59,415 nt of DNA, filler included, from Candidatus Desantisbacteria bacterium CG1_02_49_89 (GCA_001871075.1; 4 parts of 4 records of this genome joined end to end with filler, not necessarily neighbours in it); one strand, 5' to 3'; positions 40,347 to 50,047 are shown, numbered from the whole stretch's first letter. A program made the numbers and translations. Notes: generated by a model from the letters alone, not told the origin.

Positions 40347-41308
40347 CTAAAACTCATTGAATATTTCATGCCCCGGGCGCAGGCTGCCGTCCGCCTCTAT
40401 GAACGCGAGGTTACCCGGCGGCCCATAATAGCCGAATTCCGGGCGGTGGGCGTCAGCAATAAGGCTGTGATGCAGAAGGTATACAAGCCATCCGATATTA
40501 CGTTTTTTTAGCTCACCGAGAGTGTACCTGATTATTTCCACGCGCCTTCGGTCGTCAAGCGCTCCCCAGCAGGTCTCGGTAGCCAGAAGCAGTTTCTTTG
40601 CTTCCGCGGCAAATCCCGTATAGACATCCAGCGATCTTTCATAAATCGCCTTTTCGTGATGCGTCTGCTCATTCTCGGTCCAGTACGGGTGGATGCTTAA
40701 AATATCGCTTATAGGCTCTATCTGCTTTATGCCGCCCAGGCCGTGCCCCGGGTGTATACCTACCGTGATCGGCGCTGTCGCATTGAGTTTTTTACAAATC
40801 CCGTATATCCCTTCAAGCCAGGCGTATTCCGCTTTGACAATCTCGGGAATTTCCTCAGTCGGGCAGGAATATGAAAAAGGCTCGTTACACAGGTCCCAGG
40901 CGAATATCCTGCGGTCTGAAGAATGTCCGCCGACAACCGCTTCCAGGTACGGCAGGAACTGGTCGCTTTTTTGCACCCAGCTGACCCCATGCAGGAAATG
41001 GTCTATATACATCCCGCCGTAATCCAGGACACTGTCGTGCCAGCGGTTGAAAAGCACCGGCATAACGGCAAGCCCGTGTTTATCCGCTATTTTCAAGGCG
41101 GCTTCAAAATTATCCGAAAAGCGCTTCGCGCCGCGGTTGAAAGAATCCCAGGAAAGCCAAAGCCTTATAGCGTTCATTCCGGGAAAATATTTTTCCCCAG
41201 GCCGAGCTCTCTGCCTATGGCCTTCGCGTCGAATTTCTGCCACAGCTCAAACCCGCTGGTCCCGTAACTCGGCTGGTAGTTGAACCCCTTTATTTTTGAA
41301 CAATCCAT
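40347..41308 (-). pseudogene. GH5-like (clan A) glycoside hydrolase with a single-base frameshift
   Basis: N-terminus MDCSKIKGFNYQP (ATG 41308) is out of frame with the remainder (MNAIRLWL, WDLCNEP, SIHPY, ATETCW); 962 bp span is one base short. Confidence 0.7.
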
Positions 41309-41819
41309 ATTCTTCTCCTGAACGTAAAAACTATTTAACCACAGGTTTCCGCCACAATAATTGGCGGACCCGCCAGTCTTTTAGGCGGGAACACTCCTTA
41401 ATATAACAGGGAATTTATGGGATTTAAAAAGCTAAATTATGGCAGTTTAAATTCCCTTTGAATCCCTGTTAAAAGCTTTTTACAGGGAACCCTCCACCAA
41501 GATTGGCGGGCAGGCTTAAGAGAACTTAAAAACACGATTTCCACGAAAGCACTCCGCCCCGATCCCTGTAGCCCCGATAAATCGGGGCTTAACACAGGGA
41601 CCTACGAGTCAGAGCAAAGTTAATGACTCTACGGTCGGGGCGAGACTTCGCCCACCTTAAAGGATGGGCGAGGAAAGCACGAAAACACACATTTTGCCAC
41701 TGAGTTCACTGAATTCACTGAGATTTTTACTATGTAAACTCTGTAAACTTTGTAAACTATGTAAACTGTATTGAACCCTGAAACCTTTAAACCATTAAAC
41801 CTTTAATCAAACACTCTTC

Positions 41820-42692
41820 TCATACTTCAGCCGGCTTGCGGTCTGCCAGAAATATCACCAGGTTTACCGCCGCAAGCGCTATGAAACCTGCAAGGCCCGT
41901 CATGCCGGTTAAAAGGTCATTGCCGCCGCTTATCACTATAATTGCCAGCCCTGCCGTGCCGTTCAGGGTCCCGTGCAGAATCGAGGCGGCAATAACGGAT
42001 CTTGACTTTATCCTTATATAACTGAATACGGGGGCGAGCAGCACGCACCACACTATCATCATTAGAGCGCCGGCGTAAGGATGCTGGGGGTAATTGTGGC
42101 CAAGTATTATTATCGGCATATGCCATATCCCCCAGATAAGGCCTATAAGAAAAGAAGACTTCCAAAAACCCATGGGCAGCAGCTCCCTGAAAAGAAATCC
42201 TCTCCATCCTATCTCTTCGCCGAAACCCGCAACCGCGTTAACCGTAAATCCCGCAATAAGGCCCTGGATCAGGCCGATCCAAAAATAATGGATAGGCAGT
42301 TTCGCGATCCCCTCCTGCATCTTCTGGAACTGCTCCGGTGTAACCATGCCGCTTAACCTTTCAACCATCCCCTCCATTCCGGGGGTAAACTTTATCCCGG
42401 GGAAAAGCAGCGCGATGCCCATAACGGCTATGGCGGTCGCCGGCATGATGAACCAGGCAACCAGGAACCAGCGGTTGAACTTGAACGAAATACCCAGAGC
42501 TTCTTTCATCGGCTCCCTGTAAACAACCTTTTGCAGGATTATCACAACCGCCATGGGAACGAACATAAATCCCGTTGCGACGATCATTGCCGGTTTCGTG
42601 TTCCATTTCCCACCCGACAGGGTGAAGATCAGTATCAACAGCCACGAAAACAATATTGTCAGCCCGATAAACGTCTTTGCCTTCTTTGTCAT
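41820..42692 (-). CDS. CPBP (Abi/CAAX) intramembrane glutamic endopeptidase
   Basis: GEEIGWRG, WGIWH, HGTLN. Confidence 0.92.
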   Translation of the reverse strand: MTKKAKTFIGLTILFSWLLILIFTLSGGKWNTKPAMIVATGFMFVPMAVVIILQKVVYREPMKEALGISFKFNRWFLVAWFIMPATAIAVMGIALLFPGIKFTPGMEGMVERLSGMVTPEQFQKMQEGIAKLPIHYFWIGLIQGLIAGFTVNAVAGFGEEIGWRGFLFRELLPMGFWKSSFLIGLIWGIWHMPIIILGHNYPQHPYAGALMMIVWCVLLAPVFSYIRIKSRSVIAASILHGTLNGTAGLAIIVISGGNDLLTGMTGLAGFIALAAVNLVIFLADRKPAEV

Positions 42693-42883
42693 CTATTTCT
42701 TCCTTTTGAATGATTACAGTGATTATCGCAGACTGATGATTACGGTGATATAACTGGTGAAACCGGTCCGCCCATTTCAAAAAATGGGCGAGATCTCGCC
42801 CCGATGTCCATCGGGGCGGACATAACTGACCAAACAGACTAAAAAGTTTTTGGCGATGAACGATGCACGATGAACGATGCACG

Positions 42884-44770
42884 TTACTCTTTATGGAACG
42901 GTATCCACACCTGCATCTGCGATTCGCCGCGGTTCGCCCAGGCGTAATACGGTATGAATTTAGCTTCCGCTTTTTTCCTGGAGCCTGCTTTTCTTTCGCC
43001 TTTAGGGAGGTAAAGCGGTTTTATCTTTTTCCAGTCCGCCGGATAACTGACCCTGCCTTTTACAAGAATGATCCCGCCCAGCAGGTCTTTTTCAAAGCCG
43101 CACGAGAGCTTCGCGGATCCAAGCTCTATGTCAGGCACCGGGATCCCCGGATTATCCGTGCTTTCAACGCAGTAGACTACAGGACCCCTTTGTATAGCAA
43201 CCGCCCCTCTTGCAGAATCAAGCCTGGGGTGCGCCTCAATAAGAACGGCGGGCATTTCCAGGTCCAGGGTTACGCGATCGCCTTTTTTCCAGGTCCGGTT
43301 AAGGTTCAGGTATGAAGAAGGCCTGGCAGGCTTGCTGATTTTTTTATTGTTTATTGACACGGACGCCTTGCGGCACCAGCCCGGGATCCTGAGGAACAAA
43401 GAAAATTTCTTTTCCTGCTGCAAGCTAACGCTTATTTCTATCCTGCCGTCCCACGGAAAGGCGGTATTCTGCGCGAGCCTGACCTGCGCGCCGTCTGAAA
43501 GGCGGAAGCCGGCAGCTGACTCCCCGTAGAAATGCACCCATATCCCTTCCCTGCTGGTAGTATAGAAATAACCCGGCAGAGAGGCGAACATCCTCTGGAC
43601 GTTGGGAGGGCAGCAGGTGCAGCCGTGCCATTCCAAACGTTCCTCTGAAACATGAGGCAGGTCTATATTTTTATCAAGCGATGCGAGCGGATTGGTATAG
43701 AAATATTTCACCCCGTCAAGCGATACTCCTGAAAGGAACCCGTTGTAAAGCACCCTTTCCGCGACATCAGCGAAACGGGCTTCCCCGGTCACGCAGAGCA
43801 TCCTCCAGTTCCACATAAGGTTTGCGATCGCCGCGCACGTCTCGGCGTAGGCGCGCAGGTTCGGCAGCTCGTACGCCTGGCCGAAAGATTCCCACACGTG
43901 GCGGGAACCCACGCCGCCCGTAATGAACATCTTGCGCATTGTAACGTCCTGCCACAGGGAATCAAGCGCCGCCCTGACCTGTTCGTCCCCTGTCTCGGCA
44001 ACATAATCCGCGGCCCCGCAGCACAGGTAGCATGCCATCACCGAATGGCCTGAAGACGTAGGCCTGCGCGGTTCCATCTCCCTGTATCCGGGAAATTCAT
44101 AGTTATCAAGAAGCTTCTTCGCGTATTCCAGGTATTCCTTTTTTCTCGTGGTCCTGTAAAGCTCCACCATTGCCATTTCAAGTTCAGGATGGTCCCTGTA
44201 CATCTTTATTTCTTTATCCGGCCCAACATTTTCAACCCAGAAATCAGCCAGTTTCACGGCAACGTCAAAAAGATCTCTCTTTCCCGTTGCCCTGTAATGG
44301 GCGATCGCTGCCTGGATAAGGTGGCCTGAGCAGTAATATTCGTGGTTAAGCCCTCCGCCTTTCAGGCGTTCCGCAAGATGGGGCCCTGTGAAATATGAAT
44401 TAAGGTATCCGCTTGGCTCCTGGGCTCCGGCTATTGCTTCAACGGCCTTGCCTATCGCGTCAGAGATCTCGCGTGAAGGGCTTGTTTGCAGGACAAATGA
44501 CGCGGCTTCGATCCATTTATACAAATCGGAATCTGTGAAAAGCGGCCCCCTGCGCTCCGCCTGCTTTTTCCCTGAAGCTATAAGGAAATTGTCCGTTACC
44601 CCGTTCTCTTCAAGGAGCTTGAACAGCTTCATTATGCTCGCGTTCCTATTCGCGTCCAGGCGCGGTTTCCAGAAACCGCCCAGCTTCACCGCGTTGACCG
44701 GAATGGTCTTCAGTTTTGCGTTCGGGCTGTTGCTTGTGTCGATAACCCCGGCATCTTTCCAGTTCTCCAT
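42884..44770 (-). CDS. GH127 beta-L-arabinofuranosidase-like protein
   Basis: DSDLYKWIEA, HEYYCSGH, YAETCAA, CCPPN, IPYYAWANRG. Confidence 0.92.
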   Translation of the reverse strand: MENWKDAGVIDTSNSPNAKLKTIPVNAVKLGGFWKPRLDANRNASIMKLFKLLEENGVTDNFLIASGKKQAERRGPLFTDSDLYKWIEAASFVLQTSPSREISDAIGKAVEAIAGAQEPSGYLNSYFTGPHLAERLKGGGLNHEYYCSGHLIQAAIAHYRATGKRDLFDVAVKLADFWVENVGPDKEIKMYRDHPELEMAMVELYRTTRKKEYLEYAKKLLDNYEFPGYREMEPRRPTSSGHSVMACYLCCGAADYVAETGDEQVRAALDSLWQDVTMRKMFITGGVGSRHVWESFGQAYELPNLRAYAETCAAIANLMWNWRMLCVTGEARFADVAERVLYNGFLSGVSLDGVKYFYTNPLASLDKNIDLPHVSEERLEWHGCTCCPPNVQRMFASLPGYFYTTSREGIWVHFYGESAAGFRLSDGAQVRLAQNTAFPWDGRIEISVSLQQEKKFSLFLRIPGWCRKASVSINNKKISKPARPSSYLNLNRTWKKGDRVTLDLEMPAVLIEAHPRLDSARGAVAIQRGPVVYCVESTDNPGIPVPDIELGSAKLSCGFEKDLLGGIILVKGRVSYPADWKKIKPLYLPKGERKAGSRKKAEAKFIPYYAWANRGESQMQVWIPFHKE

Positions 44771-44871
44771 ATATCTCCCTTTTATTTTTGATCAGAGCGA
44801 TATAAAATTATCATAAGTCATAAGGTTTAAAAGCATATCAACGTGTCAGAACAAAAACAAGGAATATTATT

Positions 44872-44919
44872 GTAACTCAGGGCTTTAGCCCTGATATCAA
44901 ACCTGAAGGTTTGAGTTAC
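44872..44919. repeat. Inverted REP doublet of the GTAAC type (second copy 39803-39850; single unit at 35325-35347)
   Basis: GTAACTCAGGGCTTTAGCCCTGA-TA-TCAAACCTGAAGGTTTGAGTTAC. Confidence 0.8.
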
Positions 44920-45019
44920 AAAATCCTCAGTGAGCTCAGTGCCCTTCCGCCCCTTTGGGGCGAGACCTCGCCCCGAGAATAATCGGGGTGGGCAGTGGCA
45001 AAAATGTTTTCTCCGTGCC

Positions 45020-45445
45020 TCAGTGTCTCCGTGGTGATCTTTTCGTCTGTATGATCAGTAATTTCGGGAACCTGTAGCCTTTTTTACAGTGGCGCGCCGT
45101 AATGACCGTTTTGACGTTGCCGCGCGGGTTGAAATCCCCGGTAACCTCCACCCACCTCGGGCCCAGGGCTTTTACCAGGTCGTCAAGTATCCTGTTTACC
45201 GCTTCCTCGTGAGAAATATAAACGTTACGGAAACCGTTAATATACAGCTTGATCGATCTCAGCTCGACGATCTTCGTGTCCGGAATATACCTTACTTTTA
45301 TCGCGGCGAAATCCGGGTACCCGCTCCTGGGGCACAGGCAGGTAAATTCCGGCAGAGTTGTTTCTATCAGGTAGTCTCTTTTTTTGTTTTTATTCGGCCA
45401 CGTTTCCAATTTTGCTTTCTTTATCTCTTTTTCCCCGTATTTCAT
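45020..45445 (-). CDS. queF: NADPH-dependent 7-cyano-7-deazaguanine reductase (type I)
   Basis: [32 protein letters not shown]. Confidence 0.95.
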   Translation of the reverse strand: MKYGEKEIKKAKLETWPNKNKKRDYLIETTLPEFTCLCPRSGYPDFAAIKVRYIPDTKIVELRSIKLYINGFRNVYISHEEAVNRILDDLVKALGPRWVEVTGDFNPRGNVKTVITARHCKKGYRFPKLLIIQTKRSPRRH

Positions 45446-45463
45446 TATGCCTCCGCGGCACAT

Positions 45464-45636
45464 CGAACGTCGTGAGTCTTTCGTCGTGCGTTTCACGTCG
45501 TACGTCGAGCGTCTTACGTCGTGCGTTTCACGTCGAATGTCGTACGTCTTGCGTCGTGCGTATAAGCCTTTAAAACGTACGACTTACGACGTATGACGAT
45601 ATTTACGTACGACTTACGACATACGGCTTACGACGA
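45464..45636. repeat. Degenerate heptamer tandem array (CGTCGTA / TACGACG) in inverted blocks; related array at 47438-47540
   Basis: Many CGTCRTR units followed by complementary TACGAC units. Confidence 0.8.
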
Positions 45637-46089
45637 TTTCTTAAAGATGCCCATCCAGTTCTTACCGAATTTTTTGAAAAGCGTGATCCTGCCGGTTATT
45701 TTCGGCGATTCTATGTCAAACTGGATCTCCCGACCCCACTTGATCTCGGTCCAAAAACCCTTTGCGTATACCTTAACTGTTCCGGCGCCGTATTCGCCGT
45801 CAGGGATGGTTCCTTCCCATTCCATATAGTCAACCGGGTGGTCTTCAACCGGAATAAAAAGGAACTTGTCCCCGTCTTTCAGTTCTTTGCGCACAACAAA
45901 TGATTTCGCTACCCCGTCCTTTTCAAGCCGCCAGTCATAGTGCAGGCCCGCCTTCTTCGCGTTATGCTCCTGTATTGTAAATTTTGCCTTTTGCCCAGCA
46001 GCCGGGCGGACTGCTACCTCTGCTTTCGGCTCTTTCGTCTTTTTAAAATCTCTTTTCTTCTTATATTCTTTCAGTTTCTCTTCTTTCAT
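45628..46089 (-). CDS. Stand-alone LigD 3'-phosphoesterase (PE) domain protein
   Basis: YKKKRDFKKTKEP, IQEH....LHYDWRLE, EDHPVDYMEWEGTIPDGEYGAGTV. Confidence 0.88.
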   Translation of the reverse strand: MKEEKLKEYKKKRDFKKTKEPKAEVAVRPAAGQKAKFTIQEHNAKKAGLHYDWRLEKDGVAKSFVVRKELKDGDKFLFIPVEDHPVDYMEWEGTIPDGEYGAGTVKVYAKGFWTEIKWGREIQFDIESPKITGRITLFKKFGKNWMGIFKKSS

Positions 46090-46126
46090 CTTTAATTTTT
46101 AACCTTCAACCTTTAACTTTCAACTT

Positions 46127-47431
46127 TTAACTGTTTCTAGAGGCCGATTCCCCCGCAAGCCTGCCTGTGGAAAATGCCATCTGCAGGTTATACCCGCCTG
46201 TGGGCGCGTCCAGGTCCACGACCTCGCCCGCGAAATACAGGCCCTTCACTATCTTCGATTCCATCGTGCGGTTATCTATTTCCTCAAGCGCAATCCCCCC
46301 GCTTGTTATTATCGCCTCTTCTATGGGCCGTGTTTTGCTTATTTCAAACGGCAGGGCTTTCAGCAGTTCCGCGAGATACCGCCTTTCTTTTCTCGTGATA
46401 GTGTTCGCGGGCTTGTCTTCAGGGATGAAGGAAAATCTCACGATAACGGGTATAAGGCTTTTCGGCAGGAGGTCGTCAAGGGAATTGCCGAAGGTCTTGT
46501 TGCTGTATTTAATGAGATCCCTCCGCAGCCTCTGGTCCAGTTTCTCCAGGTCCAGGGCGGGTTTCAGGTCTATTATCAGGACAACGCTGCTCCTTTCAAC
46601 AGAATCCTTTTTATCTCCCCCTTCAGAAAAGGGGGATAAAGGGGGATTTTTGTTCGCAAGCCACTTGCCTATTTTTTTGCTCATCGAAAGGATTATGGGC
46701 CCCGAAACCCCGAAATGCGTGAAAAGCATATCCCCGAATTCTTCCGCTATCTTCTTGTAGCTGCATTTAGCGGTAACCCTGACGTTTTCCAGGGAAAGCC
46801 CCTGCAATTCCTTCGGCCATTCCTCTTTTGTCTCGAGCGGCACAAGCGCCGGCCTGAGTTCAGTTATCGTGTGGCCGTGCTTTTTCGCGATCTTGTAACC
46901 GTCTCCTGTGGAGCCGGTGCCCGGATACGACACCCCCCCCGTGCATAGTATCACGCTGCTGCACCCTATGGCTTCGTCCGCCTTTGTTTTTACCGCGCTG
47001 ACCCTGCCTTTGCGCACCACCAGGTCTTTCACCCTGGTTTCATACAGCAGGTTGACCCTCCCGCTCTTCATATAATTGAGCAGCGCCTTATGGATATCCT
47101 CGGATCTGTCGGAAGCCGGAAAAACCCTGCCTCCCCTTTCGACCTTTGACTTTACGCCCAGCCCTTCAAAGAACTTTTTCAGGTCCTCGTTGAAAAAATT
47201 GAAAAACGCGGGATATAAAAAATTCCCTTTATTGCCGAATTCCCTGATGAACGCGTCAAGCTCCGCGGAGTTGGTGAAGTTGCACCTGTCTTTTCCCGTA
47301 ATAAGGAGCTTTTTCCCCGGTGACTCGGTCTTTTCAAGCAGGAAAGCCTCTGCTCCCCGCTCAGCCGCCCTTCCGGCGGCCATCATTCCGGCCGCACCTC
47401 CGCCCACTACGATTACCTTTGCTTGTTTCAT
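46127..47431 (-). CDS. HI0933/YhiN(BaiN)-family flavoprotein
   Basis: VGGGAAGMMAA, KLLITGKDRCNFTN, TGSTGDGY, LFTHFGVSGP, TGGYNLQMAFSTG. Confidence 0.93.
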   Translation of the reverse strand: MKQAKVIVVGGGAAGMMAAGRAAERGAEAFLLEKTESPGKKLLITGKDRCNFTNSAELDAFIREFGNKGNFLYPAFFNFFNEDLKKFFEGLGVKSKVERGGRVFPASDRSEDIHKALLNYMKSGRVNLLYETRVKDLVVRKGRVSAVKTKADEAIGCSSVILCTGGVSYPGTGSTGDGYKIAKKHGHTITELRPALVPLETKEEWPKELQGLSLENVRVTAKCSYKKIAEEFGDMLFTHFGVSGPIILSMSKKIGKWLANKNPPLSPFSEGGDKKDSVERSSVVLIIDLKPALDLEKLDQRLRRDLIKYSNKTFGNSLDDLLPKSLIPVIVRFSFIPEDKPANTITRKERRYLAELLKALPFEISKTRPIEEAIITSGGIALEEIDNRTMESKIVKGLYFAGEVVDLDAPTGGYNLQMAFSTGRLAGESASRNS

Positions 47432-47540
47432 ATATTCCGTCATACGTCGGACGTCATACGTCGTGCGTAAATGCCGTCATACGTCGTAAGTCGTACGTTT
47501 TAAAGATTTATACGTATGACGTAAGACGTACGACGTTCGA

Positions 47541-48908
47541 CTATTTTTTATTCAGATCACGCGCGAGATCTTTAAGCTGCTGTAATTTGCCCCAGTCTTT
47601 CACCCCATAAAGCGGGAAAATGGAATTGTTGTGCAGGAGCGGGTCGTTGAATTCGAATTTGTTATCCTGCCAGTCCCGCGTGCCGGGTATGGGCGAGTAT
47701 TCGGAAAGGAACACCTTCACGCCCAGGTCCGAGGCGAATATTATTGAATCCCTGACCTCGTCAAGGTCCTGCCCCGGCATTCCCATCATCACATACGCGC
47801 CTGTCTCTCCCTGTTTATAGCCTGCCCCGTACAGATCTTTAACTGCTTTTTCAAATTCTTTGTTTGTTACCTTCGCGCCTGTTTCTTTCTGTCTTTTTTC
47901 GCTTGAGGTCTCAAGGCTGAGGCGCGGCTGTATAAAATCCGCGCGCCGCATCAGTTCCGCGATGCCTTCTGAAACGTATCTCGCGTGGAGCCCGTTTGGG
48001 GTATGCAGGCCGCAGTTTATCTTCCTTTTTAACAGTTCCTTTAAGATCACGGCTATATGGTTCCCGGCATTGAATAAAAGCGCATCGTCATAAAAAGCGA
48101 AATCCTTTATGCCTTTCTTAAAGAAAAATTCTATTTCATTTGCGACGCTTAACGGCTCGCGCTGGCTGAAATTCTTTGCCAGCAGTCCGGCAGCGCAGTA
48201 GGTGCACCTGAAAGGGCAGCCCCAGGAGGTCCTGATCGCGGCGTATTCCGGTTCCGGGTAAAGGTCGTAGGCGGGAGTGAGAGATTGCCCGCCCCGATAT
48301 CCATCGGGGCGAGGTCTCGCCCCGGCTGAAACCGGGGCGGAAAGATTGTCCCGAAGGGACCCCTTTGGGGAAAGATTGAAATCCTTACCTGCAAGCTTAA
48401 ATACTTTTTCTGCTATCTTAAAGATATCTCCGCCGGGGAAGACTTCGGCTCCGGAGTATTTCCGCGCGTGCTCTTCGCATATCGTGGCGTAAACGCCTCC
48501 CAGCAAAACCGGAACACCCCTGAATTTCCGCTTTAAAACCTCTATTGCCTTGAACGCGCCAGGGTACCAGTATGTCATTCCGGAGCTTACAAGCACTATA
48601 TCGGGATCTTTGCCTTCAAGTTCATTTTCAAAGAGCCGGACCGGTATACCGTACCTTTTATATTTGCGCGGGATATGCCTGAGCGCCAATGGTTTTTCGA
48701 TCTCTTCCCTGTAATACTGCCCGCATCCAAAATCTTCATCTTTCCTGAAATCCAGGCCCGGATGTTTACGGTCAAGGCAATCTATCAGGCTGACCTTGCA
48801 GCCGGCTTTCCTGAGCGCGTCAGCGATATATAAAAGCCCCAGCGGTTTTGCCCACAGGTCAAAGGCGGCAAAATCATAGATCCATGGATTGATAAGCAAA
48901 ACATTCAT
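47541..48908 (-). CDS. B12-binding-domain radical SAM protein
   Basis: LLINPWIYDFAAFDLWAKPLGLL, LGGVYAT, GCPFRCTYC, HTPNGLH. Confidence 0.88.
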   Translation of the reverse strand: MNVLLINPWIYDFAAFDLWAKPLGLLYIADALRKAGCKVSLIDCLDRKHPGLDFRKDEDFGCGQYYREEIEKPLALRHIPRKYKRYGIPVRLFENELEGKDPDIVLVSSGMTYWYPGAFKAIEVLKRKFRGVPVLLGGVYATICEEHARKYSGAEVFPGGDIFKIAEKVFKLAGKDFNLSPKGSLRDNLSAPVSAGARPRPDGYRGGQSLTPAYDLYPEPEYAAIRTSWGCPFRCTYCAAGLLAKNFSQREPLSVANEIEFFFKKGIKDFAFYDDALLFNAGNHIAVILKELLKRKINCGLHTPNGLHARYVSEGIAELMRRADFIQPRLSLETSSEKRQKETGAKVTNKEFEKAVKDLYGAGYKQGETGAYVMMGMPGQDLDEVRDSIIFASDLGVKVFLSEYSPIPGTRDWQDNKFEFNDPLLHNNSIFPLYGVKDWGKLQQLKDLARDLNKK

Positions 48909-48948
48909 TCGAGCTTAATCCGTGTAATCTTATTTAAAATCTGTGTAA

Positions 48949-49380
48949 TCAGGCATCGGCTTTTTGCGGCGCCTCTTTCTTGATCCAGAACACGTAAAAT
49001 GGTTTTGCGCCTAAGCATACGAAAAGCAGCGCCAGCCACCTTGTCCGCAAAAGCAGCGCCTGCGGAATGATCCTGATAAGTATAAGCAGGCCAAAAATAA
49101 ACGCGAAATGCGCGTTCATAAGGTCGGAAAAAGTAAATCTCTGTATCCTCCTGTCATACTGCCTGCCGGTTTCGGGATTTACCCTTCCCTCTTTGGCCCA
49201 ATATATATAAAGCGATATGACGGCGAACAACGCGCACAGCGGTATAGTCCATTCCAGCCCCACTCCCAGTATTGAGGGAAATGCCTTTATGAGCGCGATG
49301 CAGAGGAATGTCACTGCGGCCTGCGACAGCTTCTCGTCAAGCAGATTGAGCTTTTTCACCCTTCTGTCCAGATCAGCCAT
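48949..49380 (-). CDS. Small membrane protein with an internal tandem duplication
   Basis: Two ~62-aa halves (DRRVKKL..D..YIYW.KE and DRRIQRF..D..YVFW.KK), each with 2 TM segments. Confidence 0.6.
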   Translation of the reverse strand: MADLDRRVKKLNLLDEKLSQAAVTFLCIALIKAFPSILGVGLEWTIPLCALFAVISLYIYWAKEGRVNPETGRQYDRRIQRFTFSDLMNAHFAFIFGLLILIRIIPQALLLRTRWLALLFVCLGAKPFYVFWIKKEAPQKADA

Positions 49381-49403
49381 GCACATGTTCTCTCTCCTTA
49401 ATC

Positions 49404-49498
49404 AGTTTATAAAGTTTACAAAGTTTATAGAGTTTATAAAGTCTTATGATTTAAACAAACTATGTAAACTGTGTAAACTCTGTCAACTCTGTAAACTA
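49404..49498. repeat. Inverted pair of nonamer arrays (AGTTTAYAR)n / (AACTNTGTA)n; related arrays near 13719, 16685, 26012, 37468, 41728
   Basis: AGTTTATAAAGTTTACAAAGTTTATAG.. then AACTATGTAAACTGTGTAAACTCTG.. Confidence 0.8.
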
Positions 49499-49501
49499 TT
49501 T

Positions 49502-50035
49502 TTAGGCAAACCATTTCCTGAATTTTTCCTCAAACCACCTTATATCCGAATCGGCTGATTTCGCGGCAAGCATCGCCGCGTATATCATTATGGAAAACTG
49601 CCAGCCTTCCGCGTGCCCCGCGACCAGGCCTGTCTGCGTGTCTTCCTCTTTTTCAAGCTCGTCTCTAAAGTGCGCTTTTGCCTTTTCAAGAGAACCTTCA
49701 AAAACATCCACGTTGCTGGTCTGGTTCTTGAACCTCATTGAAGGGAACGAGATGCCCCTGATCATGAAAAACGTTCTCAGCGCCTCGTCGCTGGCTTTCA
49801 GGCCTTCCTCGAACTCAAAGCCTTCGAAGAAAGGCATGTTCTCCGGCAGTATTATCGCGGGTTTATGCATGTTGACCTTTCCCCTGCGCACAACCGTGTC
49901 GCCCGCGTTCACAAGGGATTCGGCAAGGAATATGTAGGGGATCCACGTCATTTTTGACGGCGCGAGGTAAAGGACCCTTGACCTCAGTACCTGCGTTGAT
50001 TCAACCGCTTTTTCCCACTGTTCCTCGAGTTCCAT
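49502..50035 (-). CDS. Hypothetical protein
   Basis: Well-formed ORF co-oriented with neighbours; no family I can name. Confidence 0.6.
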   Translation of the reverse strand: MELEEQWEKAVESTQVLRSRVLYLAPSKMTWIPYIFLAESLVNAGDTVVRRGKVNMHKPAIILPENMPFFEGFEFEEGLKASDEALRTFFMIRGISFPSMRFKNQTSNVDVFEGSLEKAKAHFRDELEKEEDTQTGLVAGHAEGWQFSIMIYAAMLAAKSADSDIRWFEEKFRKWFA

Positions 50036-50047
50036 TCTCCACCCGGA

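Noticed and set aside
45446-45627. preQ1 riboswitch upstream of queF
   Set aside because: The region is a heptamer repeat array without the preQ1 motif
48281-48348. AGATTG at 48282 and 48343 as the target duplication of the larger radical SAM insert
   Set aside because: The 61-bp spacing is not a multiple of 3 although the gene is in frame, so this boundary is unresolved
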